Shown in pieces: positions 36,556-63,577 of a stretch of 64,000 bases of DNA. The DNA lies in NCBI GenBank assembly GCA_044892525.1, contig CM097885.1, forward strand, positions 31,250,001 through 31,314,000, given 5' to 3'. This stretch comes from Schmidtea polychroa (taxonomy: Eukaryota). The notes beneath the pieces are model-generated. The model saw only the letters and a program-made list of their open reading frames with translations. It was not told the origin of the DNA and did not search any database. A program made the position numbers and the translations under genes. The first letter of the stretch is position 1. Every line of letters starts with the position of its first letter.

Positions 36556-36806
36556 GTGGTGGGTTACAGGTAAGTATAGATTTTACCTTTTCGAGCTGTT
36601 TCCAGTGTAACCCAGAATACAATGATCTGTATTTTTGCTTGATATCCATTGAGTGATCAATGTTGGTACTATATCAAGTAGGTGAGTAATCGCAGAAAGT
36701 GAGCGCCTTATCTACACTATAACTGTCAAGCACTCGTTGGGTTCACGGACTGCCGATAGAAGGCTTATATCCGATTTTGCCTGGTCCCTTTATTAGATTG
36801 TTTTCC
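36556..36806 (-). ncRNA. Candidate structured RNA element, copy B (inverted relative to A)
   Basis: Colinear diverged homologue of 35474-35712 that preserves the stems. Confidence 0.6.
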
Positions 36807-37547
36807 AACGCCATGACTCTTTCATCACGCTCATCACATACACACTACCATTATAAGTTCGTGCATATGCACACACATAATCATGGGTGACTATCTGGTG
36901 GGAACTAATATCTACTTATTAAAATATAACACATATTCATATCAGGCCAGTTCCCTAGCAGACACAGATATGATATATGAAATAATATATAACATTAATA
37001 TACCAAATTAAAATTAAATTTAGCAGCATATATTAATAATTACTAATAAAAATGAAAGTGTTAAAATTAGGGTTGATGGGTAATAATATGTAGTAATTAT
37101 TAGGAGTAAAATTAATGGATAGGAACGAGGGCCCTCATATGAAAGATCTATTAGATTTGGTAAGTAGTTCCCAAAAAAAATTTTCCAATCAACTATTAAT
37201 AATAAATAAAACAATAGCATTAAAAAATAATAATCACTTCAATAAAATTATTAGGCACATAGTAGATATAAAGTGGAAAATAATAATTGTATCGATAAAA
37301 TTTATCTTGTTTATGGAAAATATGCCAACAATAGTTTAAAATTAAATTTAACTTATTTTTTAAAATATTACTTATAAATTATGTCTTAAACAGTCATAAA
37401 AAGGATATATTTAAAAATAACTATTAATTAATCTTCTTTTTCAATTTAAATTTCAAAAATTGTAATTAATATGTAAAAAATTAAGATATGTGGAATTTGT
37501 TTAAATTTAGCCTTTCTATTTATACATTTAATTTGTTATTTGAATTT

Positions 37548-40500
37548 ATGGCGTTATTTAGAACTACTAATATGATTAATATATTACGTAAAAATATATG
37601 CACAACTGCAATATTGTCTGAATTTCAATACAAAAAGTTAGACTTGCAAGAACTTAGAAAATTTGCATTTTCAGATCCAAATTGTGGAAAAGAAGGTTTT
37701 AAATCATTTCAATGAAATCCTTTCATATTAAAATACAGTTAGTGAACATATTGTATTACCCGATGGGTTGGGAGAAGCAGTAGGCAAGCGTCGATATGAA
37801 TTATTGGCAGAATTGTATGGAGAAGTAAGAAAGTATTTATTCGTTTAGGTAATACTTGTATCAGAAAGCTTGGTCCGAAGAAACTCAAAAAATTCGACCT
37901 GGATCTACTTTAGAAAATCCGAATTATATTGCAAGTAACAATTGGCGAAGACAGTTCGTTTGCACATGTAATTTTAATTAAAATTTAAGTCTATTAAAAT
38001 AATATTTCAAACATTTCCATTTAACAATTATAATTTTATTACTCAATTCTTAAGATAAAATTTAAAATTTTACAATAATACCAAATTCTTAAAGTCTCTA
38101 AACCTCAATGGAAACATATGGGGATACTGAAATAAGTCAGAGTTTATCATAAGATCCATCAAACTTTAATTTTTTAAATATATTATTTATGATTAAGAAA
38201 GGGGGATTTATAAAAATATAAAAAGAAATAGAAGGTTAATGTGTAAAATGTGCAAGATGTCTCTTTTATAAGAGGCGACCTTAATTGATATACTTTAATT
38301 CAAAAGTTATAATGATTAATTAGAAATTGATGCATTTTCAGATACTTATTATTAATTACAGAAATCAAAGAACCAAATTTATCATTCTTAAGACATTTTG
38401 TTATTAGTTTGTCATGTTGTAATAGTCCATTTTCAATTGAAGATCAATTCTTTAAAATTTGATGTATTTATTGATCTAGTTTCTTGTTGGGAATGGTTTT
38501 CTTTACAGTTGTCATGGTAAAAAATAATTTAATTCCTGACTCTATTTTTCCTAATTCCTAGACAGGTTTCTATCTGACAGAGATACTTTGATCTATGAAG
38601 TTTCAATTTGAAGGAAACTTGTCGGGTTGGATGGGATAGGAAATTCTGGAGTCCATTTTGAATGCCTGCTTGTCTATTTCTTGATTTTTACGTTCCCATT
38701 ACGTCGTCCATGTGTAATTATTCATTTGCTATTATTATGAAGTTTCCATCTCGTTAACGAGTTCATTTCGTTTTCGAATATCTCTAATTAAATGATCTGT
38801 TGGGATTAATGGTTAAAGGCACAAAATAAAACAGAAGCATAATAAAAATTAAAAAAGACCCACAAAAATGACAAAAATACTAAATTAATTAAAAAATTTA
38901 TTAAATGTAAAAATTAATATCGATCAGGTAAAATAATAGAAATAATAAAAATTAAGCGAGTGTTCCCTAGAAAAAGTTATAATAAAATAACTAAAAATAT
39001 TAATTAATCGCCAATGGAAAGCCCGAATCAATGGGAAACCCGAACGATGAGAAAATACCGGAGCGCATTGAGACCTGGCTAATATGAAGTTGAAGCGAAC
39101 TCGACCGAGCACCAATTAGGAATAAAATTTGTAGAATTACAATAATCCCTCCCAGAAGATTGAAAATAACGCTGATCCAATATAGGATAATGTCTTTCAG
39201 AAAAGTATAAAAGGAAAAGCTGAAAAAAAGACAAATTGTCTGTTGATCGAAGAACCAATATCAGAGGGCGTTTACGAAAGAAAAAAATCCAAGTAAACCT
39301 AGAGAGAATTATAAATTATCGTATCAGAAAAGATAATTGCCCTTTGGACAACCTAAAGTCCAAATCGAGTGACTAATTGTAATTGTGATAAAGATTGAAT
39401 GCAGTTGTTTTATGTTTCGTTAAGAATTCTTTATTCAACGTTCATTATATTCTTGGTAATATCTAGTGAAAAATTCATTCCATTAGTTACATTAGCTTAT
39501 AATCTCCTTTCCAAAGCTTGATAAATTCCTATTTGATTACTCAAGTAATTATTCTCTTTATTTATAGAATTCCTCAATTTGAATTACAACTTCAATCTAT
39601 CAGGTTGAAATATACGCTTTACACAACTTGCCATTATGTAAATATATCGATGTCCAGAAATTGGTACAGTTGATTTATTGTTTCTCACAGTTTCCAAATG
39701 ATATCATCATTCTTTCTCATTGCATTTTTCATAATTTATAATTTCTGTCATCGATTGACTACTTTATTAAACACAATTAAAAAAAAATCTTTAATATTTA
39801 CATCTCTCGATATCTTTACATCTTATGTTAAAATCAATAAAATATTTGAAATTCAACAAAATATTTCACAAAACTTATATATATATAATAGAAATCACTT
39901 CGTTTATATAAAATTATAATTGTCGCTTCATTTAAACAAAATATTAAAAGCCACTTCATTTAAACAATATCAAAAATCACTTCCAATAAACAAAATATTA
40001 AAAACCACTTCATTTAAACAAATATTAGAAACCACTTCATTTAAACAAAATATTTTAAACCACTTCACTTAAACAAATTTTAAAACATCCATATTCCTGG
40101 ATAAACATTACTAGTTCATTTGACCAAAATTTTGAAAACCAATCCATTTAAACAAATATTAGAAACTACTTCATTTAAAAAAATATTGAAAACCAATCCA
40201 TTTAAACAAATAAAGAAACCACTCCATTTAAACAAAATACTAGAAACCACTTCATTTAAACAAAATATTTAAAACCACTTCATTTAAACAAAATATTGAA
40301 AACCAATCCATTTAAACAAAATATTAAAAGTCACTTCATTTAAACAAATATTAGAAACCACTTCATTTAAACAAAATATTTAAAACCACTTCACTTAAAC
40401 AAATTTTAAAACATCCATATTCCTGGATAAACATTACGAGTTCATTTGACCAAAATTTTGAAAACCAATCCATTTAAACAAATAAAAAAACCACTCCATT

Positions 40501-41345
40501 TAAACAAAATACTAGAAACAACTTAATTTAAACAAAATATTAAAAGCCACTTCATTTAAACAAATTTTAAAACATCCATATTGATATCTATATTACTGGA
40601 CAAACATTCAAACAAAATTTTAAAAATAATTTGATCTAACAAAATATAAAAAATCTCCATAAAATTATATCTAATATCTAATATAAACTACAGTAATACG
40701 CCGCACTTACGTACACTTTGGGACCGGAGCGTGTACGTAAAACAAAAATGTACGTAAAATGAATCTACTGCTTTTATTAATGAATAATATGTTTGAAATA
40801 AACTAAAACAATAAACATATAAATAAAAAGAAAAAGAGGGATATTATGCATGTAGTTTTATACTTTTATTTTAGTGTACGTAAAACGGGGTATTACTGTA
40901 GTTAATATAAATTATATATCTTAATCTATCGCTAAAATATCGAAATTTTCGATATTTTGAATTCATAAATTGGTACCAATATCAATCACATATATTTCCA
41001 GGTTTTGAGCATATCAATTGCTCCTTCGTACATATGCTTCACAAAGGCATGCCAATGCGCTGCCAATGTGGGCATTGGTTCAAATTAGTATCATTTGATG
41101 AATATTATGCCATCATTAATACGGCAAGAGAAAAGCGGTATGGCGAAATTAAAGATTCGGCAGAATTTATAGCGCTTGAATCGGAATTGAAACGATGTCA
41201 GGATGAATTCAATGAATTATCATTCAGTGGCAAAGCGGTCAGTGAGTTATCACCGGAGGCACGTGAAATAATGGGTAAGATGAAGGCGGCCTGGGCAGGT
41301 ATAATTAAAACAAGGAAACAAATCGAGCATATGCTGGATAATTAG
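37548..41345 (+). CDS. COX5B: Cytochrome c oxidase subunit 5B-like; exons 37548-37695, 37739-37824, 37865-37967, 41002-41345
   Basis: Transit-peptide-like N-terminus; LPDGLGEAVGKRRYELLA; GSTLENPNYIASNNWRRQFVCTC; LHKGMPMRCQCGHWFKLV with four Zn-ligand Cys; all introns GT-AG and phase-consistent. Confidence 0.88.
39925..40620. repeat. ~29-30-bp minisatellite (AAACCACTTCATTTAAACAAAATATT) in COX5B intron 3
   Basis: About 20 tandem copies, with a higher-order duplicated interruption CATCCATATTCCTGGATAAACATTAC. Confidence 0.9.
40691..40898. mobile_element. Tc1/mariner (pogo-like) MITE
   Basis: TA|CAGTAATACGCCGCACTTACGTACACT...AGTGTACGTAAAACGGGGTATTACTG|TA. Confidence 0.85.
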
Positions 41346-44300
41346 CATCGTGCGCTATTGAAAGTTTTTGTTATCAGTTGTTTCCAATTTAAATTTAGAA
41401 GTTTTATTTTATTATTTTAGATAGAATTATTATTGATTTGCAATTATTTAGTAATTGAACTTGAGTGCAAAGTCCGGAATCAATAATAACATGTCAAATA
41501 TTATTAATGCAACAAATTATTCAATTGTTTTTTATTAGGATTCATTAAAAATTTCATCGAGGAAAATTTATAAATAATTTTACAAAGGAGTATTTTGATA
41601 ATTGACGATGTTTGTGTGTTGGTTTCAGTCATAATTCTTATTTTATTTTTATTGATTTTCACTTTCTCTCAACATATTTCCTATCTTTATAGATTTTTAC
41701 TCAATTTTATTAACTATTTTCGATTTATTGATTATCCTTTAATGATTTTTTTACTCCGTATTTAACCCTTTCGGCTTAGGTGGTGCACGTGTTGAAGTTA
41801 AAGTGCTTTATTATCCGAAAGCTGAAATAAGGTAAGTATTTACAATATTTTCTAACGTGAAGAGTTAGAAGTTGTAAATTTAAAAATTGCGAAAGGAGAA
41901 ATAATTAAAAATAATTATAGAAAATAATATTTCAATTATCTGTTTGAACGTTTCTATTAGTCTTAGTTCTTGTTTTCCGGTTGCATTATTGATTTTTCAC
42001 TTACATACAATAATTTTGACTTCTATTGAATTTTGATTTAGAAGTTTGTTAAGAAGAATGAAAATTTATTTAAAAGTTGATATTTTAAAATATATGTGGA
42101 GTTATTGCATATTACGTTGCGCTTAACGGTGAGTGATTTGAGCTGAACATGTGGATAGACTAGTTCTATTTTATAAAGTATTAGTTAAACCTGTTGAGGA
42201 TGCCTTAATAACAAATTTATAAATAAAAATACTTTGGGGAAGATCGTCATGACAAACGGACGATCTATGAGAACTCAGAAAAGAAAACTGAAGCAAAAAG
42301 AGATAAGAAATACGGATGAAACAATAGAAATCCGACATGAAAAAAAAATGTCAGTACATCTGTCAATGATAACTCAGTGGCAGGGAAAATTGGGAAATCC
42401 TGTTAGAGAAAAAAGTGGGGAATTGAAGATAAACTGAAGTACCGCAAATTGACGAGGTATTAAAGGAGGTAGCACAACAGAAGAAGGCAGAACGAGAAGA
42501 ATTTAAAAGGAACAATCGATAAACAATTTGGGAAAGACCAGTTAGAGGAAATTTTGGGAATAATTTGGAGATATAATAATTTATTTGGAGAAGTTGAATA
42601 AATTTGAAGCGGAAAAATTTAAGAGAAAACGAAATAAAGAGAAGTAGCAAGTTTATTTAGTCATAATAGGGTAAGGCTCGGTGAGTAAATCCAAGTCAAA
42701 TCAGAAAACAACCAGTTCAAATTTACCAATTAATACACTCCACAGTTGTGAGAGATTTATCAAATCAAGGTTATACAAGTATGCTATTCCTCACCATAGT
42801 GTTGTAATAAGCACGGTATCATTGATAGTTAGCTTTTGAGCCAACTGTATGATTGAAAATATTTGTGATATTCAATAAAGTTTCCAGTGTTAATTGTTAT
42901 TTATGGGTCGGTCAAACACACGCTTGGAGTTATAGTAAGAATTCTAATTTTAAAATTTACTACAATGTCTTTCAATTGCATCATCAGCTCCAAGAAGTAA
43001 ACCAATCAATTGAAAGATCATGCAAAAGCTGCGTAGACATGCTTCTATCGCCTTTAACTTCAGATATATGTATCACTGGGGTCAATAAGGTGGCTCCTCC
43101 AGCCAAAGTCACACCTCTGGTGCCTCTCATCAAATCTAAGCGCCGACAACCGACTCGGTCAAAGCGTAATACGAAACGCAAAATACTTCAAGCGAAACTG
43201 GAAGCAAATTTGATCGCCAAAAATGTACAAGTCGCTCTTCAGACTCAGTCGGTGAACCACAGTCCCATGACTACGCAATTTCGAGTGATACCACCATCGA
43301 GCACTACTAGGGAGGGAGATGCAGCCGATTTCTTTGATATCGATGCATTATTTTCTGTACCAGCATCATCTACAGAATTCGTAAAGTGTAGAGCAAACTG
43401 TCTGGACGGTGTGATGTTTTTGAAGTGGACATATATTTTCTCTTTCCGTCGAATCTTTGACTCGGCGGGTTGTATCTTAGTTGTGATCTGTTATCCAATT
43501 CTCGGTATTGGTAAAAATAGTACTGGATGTCTTTTTTTTCGTTTTAGTTTGTCAGAATTTCTTTGAATAAAATAATTTTTCTGAATGATTAAGACGGAGA
43601 TCCTGAAGGTAAAAGGAAATAGAGTTACCTCAGATTTCGCAAAGTGAGACAGGACGTAAAACATTCTATCAGCTGTCAGGAAAGGAGTAAGCCGGAATAT
43701 GGTGAATGAGTAGTCCTAAGGCAGGGGCTCACCTGCTTCACTATATTCCGCCGTCATGGCACATTACCATCATGATGTAAGTCATGGGTTTCATGACGTG
43801 AGAACGATCATGGGGGTCTGACTAGCGGTTGACAAAATCAGTGTGTTTAGAATGATTGACCTTCCTCCCTTGGTAGAGAGTAAATGCGTGTTGAATTAGT
43901 CAGCACTCCAACAATATTAATTCAATATCATATTCCTCATTTCCTACATCAGATATATATATAGTCCGCTCAAATTATATTATTTTCTGATCCTTTCGTA
44001 GCATTAATCAGACAGCATTCTGTCTATATTTTGCCAAAATTTCTTTTATTCATAGCATACGGTGGCATCTAAATGCCACTAATATTAGCATTCTCTTTGA
44101 ATTTCGAAATTCATCTTCTCTATATTTCCACCAAATAGTCTTACTCCAATCTCTAATCAATTCCACATCCATCTATCCATACAACCATTCTAGCCGGCAA
44201 CTGAATGTTTTTATATTAAGACTTTCTCTTTCAAAAATAACAAAGAGTAGCCTTTTCCTGCCACAACAATAAGCTACCAACAAAACTGTAAACCAGAGCC

Positions 44301-45043
44301 TGATTGAGGAATTGAATAGGCCCGGGTGATTTGAATGATTCGGCCTAGTGTTGGGCTATGATCCAAATAACCATTTTCGATTTTCATGTTTTAATTAACT
44401 AGGTAAATGGTCAACTGAGACGACCCACATAACATGTAAACCGAACAAAGAATACTTAAATTATTATAAGACATAAATAAAACAGAAATAAAAACATAAC
44501 AAAAGTTAAAATAACTACAAGAAAAGTAATAAAATTAAAGAAAAGCAAGCAGTTACACACAAAACACATGAAAAGAATTAAAAAGAATAAATCGCCGAAA
44601 AAAGACAAAACAGCAGAAATTACTACCTTATACAGAATGGTATGTAAAGGCGATCATTCGATCAATCAGGAATAAAGAGAAAAGAAATTAATGTAAAAAA
44701 CAGTAAATGAAAACAAATAAATAATTTATAAGGATAGCGATTACGATAATAATATTAGTAATGACAATATTTTCAACGACGATAATTAGAACAATGAGAA
44801 TTATGATGATAGTAGTTGTCGTGATAGAGGTTGTAATAATAGTAATTGTAATAATAATTATCACAATAGTAATTAAAACAATAATAATTATGACTAAAAA
44901 TATAAGGATGATATTAATAATTATAATGATAATCATAACAATAATAATTATAGCAATAATAATTATAATAATAATGATGATAATATTCATAATAATAAAC
45001 ATTCTAACCATAATAATTATAACGATATTGGATGGTAGTAGTA

Positions 45044-45755
45044 CCGTGTTTCTTCAAATTAAGCCCTAACACAATTTTTAAAAAAAAATTATATTGTAGG
45101 CCTAACACCTAAATTAATCACTAGCAATTTTGTTTTTTGATATATATTAAATAAAATTTCAGATCGCTATATATGTTAAAATTAAAAACATAGTTATATG
45201 AATCTACGTATGTAAAAATTGTGGCAAACCCAATACTACTACTACTACTTTATAGGTTTCTGATTCAGAATTGAAATGGAATTTTAAAATCCTGACTATG
45301 TTATATGTTTACTGTGCGCGTTATTATACTGTATAGTAATAAAAATATGTATCTTATGTTGTTAATATAACTCGAATATTTTTATGTTTCAATTAACTAA
45401 CCAATCAATTTATAATTAATAAAATATATTACAAATTCACCTAATTGAAGTAGTTTTTTTAAAAAATATATAAATATATAAAAACCCTCTCAATACCAGT
45501 CATCATTAGGTATATTTGACATTGTTAAATTGTCGGTAAATCTAGTGTTAATAGCTATTTGATAAAATTGAATAAATTTTTAATAAACATTTTAATTGAT
45601 TAAATTTTTATTTTGAATATTTGTATAATTTTTAAAAGTTTATTTTTATTCCAAAAAATAGAAAGCCTCCCGAAATTAAGCCCTAAGTAAATTTTTGCCA
45701 AATTTTTATAAAAAATATATATTTAAGCCCGGGACTTAATTTTGGAGAAACACAG
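45044..45755. mobile_element. Tc1/mariner (Tigger/pogo-like) MITE
   Basis: TA|CCGTGTTTCTTCAAATTAAG...CTTAATTTTGGAGAAACACAG|TA. Confidence 0.8.
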
Positions 45756-47527
45756 TAGTATTTGTAATAGCAGTTGTTGAAAAAGTAATACTTGTAATGG
45801 TAATACTTCTAATGTTAATGATAATAATAGGAATTAATGGAAACAATAATAAGTAGAGTAAAGTAACCTTAAAATAACCTTAATCATAAGCTGAATATAG
45901 AGTAAATTGACAGTACAACTCCACCCATGATATTACATTTTTCTTTATTAGTTATGTTGAGGTCTCACTATTTGAGATTCTCAACTTACTGGTTCTTATA
46001 TATTAGTTATCAAATGACAATAAGATCGGGACACTAATATTTATTTAAATAAAATATTCACCTATGAAACTGATTTACAAACTTCCACTAAATTTTCTGG
46101 TGAATATTGCGTGTTGTGTTTTGTGTGAATGACAGTGATTTATGTTGTATAATACTTGTAAAAGTATTGTAAGACTGAGATGATTGATCTCGTACTGTCT
46201 TTTATTTTATTTTTGAAATCTTTGAAGATTTACCCTCAAAATTTACAATCTAAGATAAGATCTGATTATTTTGATTTGGCTCGTATTTGTCCTTCGTAAT
46301 GCACCGTAGTAAAAAAGCTATCTTAATAATAAAAATTATCTTATTTGTTGTCAAAGGTTAAGAAAACTCACGAAATTAGTGAACTACTATCCGATTAACT
46401 ACTCCACAGACGGCAGTTAACTGAGCAGAGCGCCGGGTACAAAACGCCCTCACTTGCTCACACTAGAACTGCTTCTCACGCACACTATCAAAGGGTAGTA
46501 AAACTCAGTACAAATCAGAAATTGCTACCGGGAAAGCGCGCGCAGTTCTTGCGTTCAGCTCGGTTCGACCCTCTGTGGTTCAGGCCAAACAGATGCCACA
46601 TTATAATCGAATTGAACCTTTCGGCTATAATAATCACTATCTGTTGGCTCAGATTATGAATGTAGATCATGACACACGACACGCTACGATTCTAAACATA
46701 ATTCAGTATTCGGTATTGAATTGTTGTAATGTAGATAATTAGGAAAAGACGTAGTGAATAACTGCTATCGCATTGGCTCAAAGAGTGCTACCGGCCTATC
46801 GGGCGATGCTTGATCGCCTGAGAGGTCGATCTGTCCCTGCTGTAAACATATTCTTTTCATTCCGTTATTTTTATAAATATTACCTTAACTCCTTTAAATT
46901 CCAATGTAAGTGTGTCTCATTCCAATTCCTTACGCAACTAATTGGATATTCATGCCTCTAATTTAAATTTATAATATATTTCTGATAATTGAGCAACTTA
47001 TTTTCTACGTCATCTATCATTCGCTCTGTAATTGAAGTCTCTCTACTTATTTAAATACCATTTCTTTTCATGAAAAATTATCAAGAAAGCGCCGAGGGTT
47101 TAAATATTGACTAAACTACAACCTTCGACCTACAGTGAATATTGCATGACCTGAAAATCACTTTTGGCGAATTTATTAAAGTATTTTTTTCTCCATGTTA
47201 ATGTAATTTCCAAATTCTGCAATGGAACTTTGTAGAGAATCCGTATTGCTGTAAAATATATTTATTTCTTTTCTAAAGTCTCATATTGTCTTCATTTAGG
47301 CCATATTCTCGAGATTCTCTCCTATTTCCAATACGTTCAGCTGTCTCAACAACTTTCAATTTAAACCCGGTAATGTAACTTTGATCAAAAGTCATTTGAA
47401 AAAGGATATGCGGAAAATTTGTGAATGTCCAAAAAACATCGATATTTTTACTGATTCATAGCCAAGCTTTTTAATGTCAATTGAAAAGAAATCAGTGGTG
47501 AAATTTGAAAAAATGTTCTTATAAAAG

Positions 47528-47637
<110 letters not shown>

Positions 47638-47703
47638 GAATTTAGACATAATAAACATCTTAATTATAAAAATATCACAAACATTTTAAGCGATAAAAAA
47701 CTA

Positions 47704-60731
<13,028 letters not shown>

Positions 60732-60804
60732 CTAAACAAGAAAAATTAATTTAAAATTACACCAGAAATACACCAGACTGCAGATTGATAGTATAAAATA
60801 AATA

Positions 60805-60979
<175 letters not shown>

Positions 60980-63366
60980 TGGTCTATGAATTTAAATTAG
61001 TAACTTAATTAGTGAATAAACCTGAAACTTCTGTCCCCGTGAGACATTGAGCATTTTTCTAGTTTAATAAGCATTTAACACTCAGTAACATATCAGTCAA
61101 AAGGTCTGACAGTGCTTTGTTGCTCCGACGGTAAAAATATTTAAAATACATTAATAATTTAAGATTTGTGCCTGACAATGTATTTTTAACATAGCTGGGC
61201 CAATGCGGTTGATATTAGCATGTTCAAAAAGACCTGTTTTTCCGTGGCACTGAGAGTGATAAAGTGAAAAGCTATATTTATTTTACATTCTTTTTAAATT
61301 TAATAACTTTAATTTTAGAAAAAATTAATTTTTTGAAAGTTAGATAAATACTGAAAAAAAATGTTTCCTTAATAATTGAGTTTGGACTTAATGAAACAAG
61401 ATACTTTGTCACAATAATAAACATTTGGATTGGTATAAAAGAACATGGTGTCATCGAAGAATGATAAATAATACATACTTTCACTATTTTAGAATTCAAC
61501 CAAAATTTATCTATATATAATAAGTAACATATATGGTGCTCGGAAAAATGTCGGAAAATTTTAAAAAGATTGTTTTTAATAATACATTTTTTAATTTTTT
61601 CATTGGTTATTTCATCTAATATATTTTTTCGCTACTATTTTGTGCCAATTTGTCTTAGTACCATATAATATTAGTACATTTATTTGTTTAATAATTTTAT
61701 TTTAGAAAATAAAAGTGATTGATTAAGATAATTTCAGCCAACCAATTTTTTCCAATTGAAATGGCTTACTTTATTTTAACTAATACTACAAGATGACGAC
61801 AATTGATAAACACAAAAGTCATAAACATCAAAAGGTCAGAATATAACAAGTGATGAAGACAAACAACAAGTGCGTGTTTTCATATTATTATTCAATCCAC
61901 CCTTTTCTGTGGATAAACTCTCAATTATTTCTCGGTTCTAGTTACACGCGAATCACAAATTACATCTTGATTACGTTGAGAACAATTTTTGATACATTTT
62001 ATAAGTTTCACGGAAAGTTCATTTTTGTGAGAAAATTTTTATCCACCGCAGACATCGACTTTCATAAAACACCAAAACTGACAAATACGGACTTTGATAT
62101 GGCAACAACTTTATATTCTAATGTTAAAACATTTCAGTAGCTATTTTGCACATACATAAAATTAAGATAAAATTAATTCTTAATTTTACTGTAAGCTTCA
62201 GTAGAAAATCATATTTTATTAACCATAATTATTTAACTCTATATATGTTTCCATAAATTATACTGTTGGACCAAAACTGAATTTAGGCTCACGTAATAGT
62301 AACGTAGCACGCAGAAACAATATTAAGTAAAGTTAAACAAATACACGTTAATACATCAACTAAACTTATAAAACACCAAAATGATAAATAACAGGAAGTA
62401 AACAAATGCAAGTTAATCACGATAAAAGAAAGTAGGAATGAAAAAGATTTCCACAAAATATCATTAAAAAATGAACTAAGGGTCAGAATTATAACAGAAG
62501 TGATAAGAAATACTAGAATATTCTATGAAAATGACGAAATCCACCATATCTACCAAAACTAGTTGAAATTAACTAAAATATAAAAATTTAGAAATTAAAT
62601 TATCAAAAACTAAAATAAAATAACCCAAAAATTAAAAGAAATAAGAATTATATAATAAAATCATAAAGTAGCATAAAATATTATTAAAAAATTGGCATAT
62701 TCATCATGGTGGCGAAATTAATTAAAAATAAATAAAATATAAAAATTAAAAAATAAAATAAATCATAAATTATAAAAAATCGCCATCGAAATTGATGAAA
62801 ATCAAAATCCAAATTAATCAGAAATAAAATAATACAAATTTGTTTTATTGAATCAGTGCGGACATATACTAGCACACCAAAATTAAACTATATATACCGA
62901 CGCATTTCAGTCACAATTTAATCAGAAATTTTTGGCAGAACAAAATTTTCGTTTGAAATACATAGTTGAATACTGAATGTAAAGGAATTTCTATTGTACG
63001 TATGTTATACTCTAATTATTTGATATAACCAGAGAGTTGATTTTGTGTTTTGTTGTTTCATTTTCTTAAAACGAAATCACTGGCTAAAATTCATACTTTT
63101 CGGCCCACAGCGACTATCATAAGCTACAACTTAGCACAATTAGATATCGAAACAAACTACGAGGAGTGGCAGTATTTACTATACCAATTATTGGAGTAGT
63201 TTTTACTACGCCGTTTATCTGAATCTCCTAGGAGCCTTTGTGGACACCGACTAGTTACAGGCGGCTACAACTACAATAATCACGAGAAATAGTGAACAGT
63301 AAAAATAGAATTCAATGCACAAGCAGCAATTTTAAATGCCCTTCACATGGGCTATTTCGAGATAGT

Positions 63367-63538
63367 GATTCTAGGACATCTCCCCCATCTGTTATAACCC
63401 CCCCCCATTATCGTTTACTCGCATGACCCCAACATATTATATATATAGTCAGAGTTTATCCGATAAGATGTTTTGTCCCCCTATTGGTATTGGTCGCAAG
63501 GGTAAACAAGACAATGAAAAATATTAATACCTTAATGA

Positions 63539-63577
<39 letters not shown>

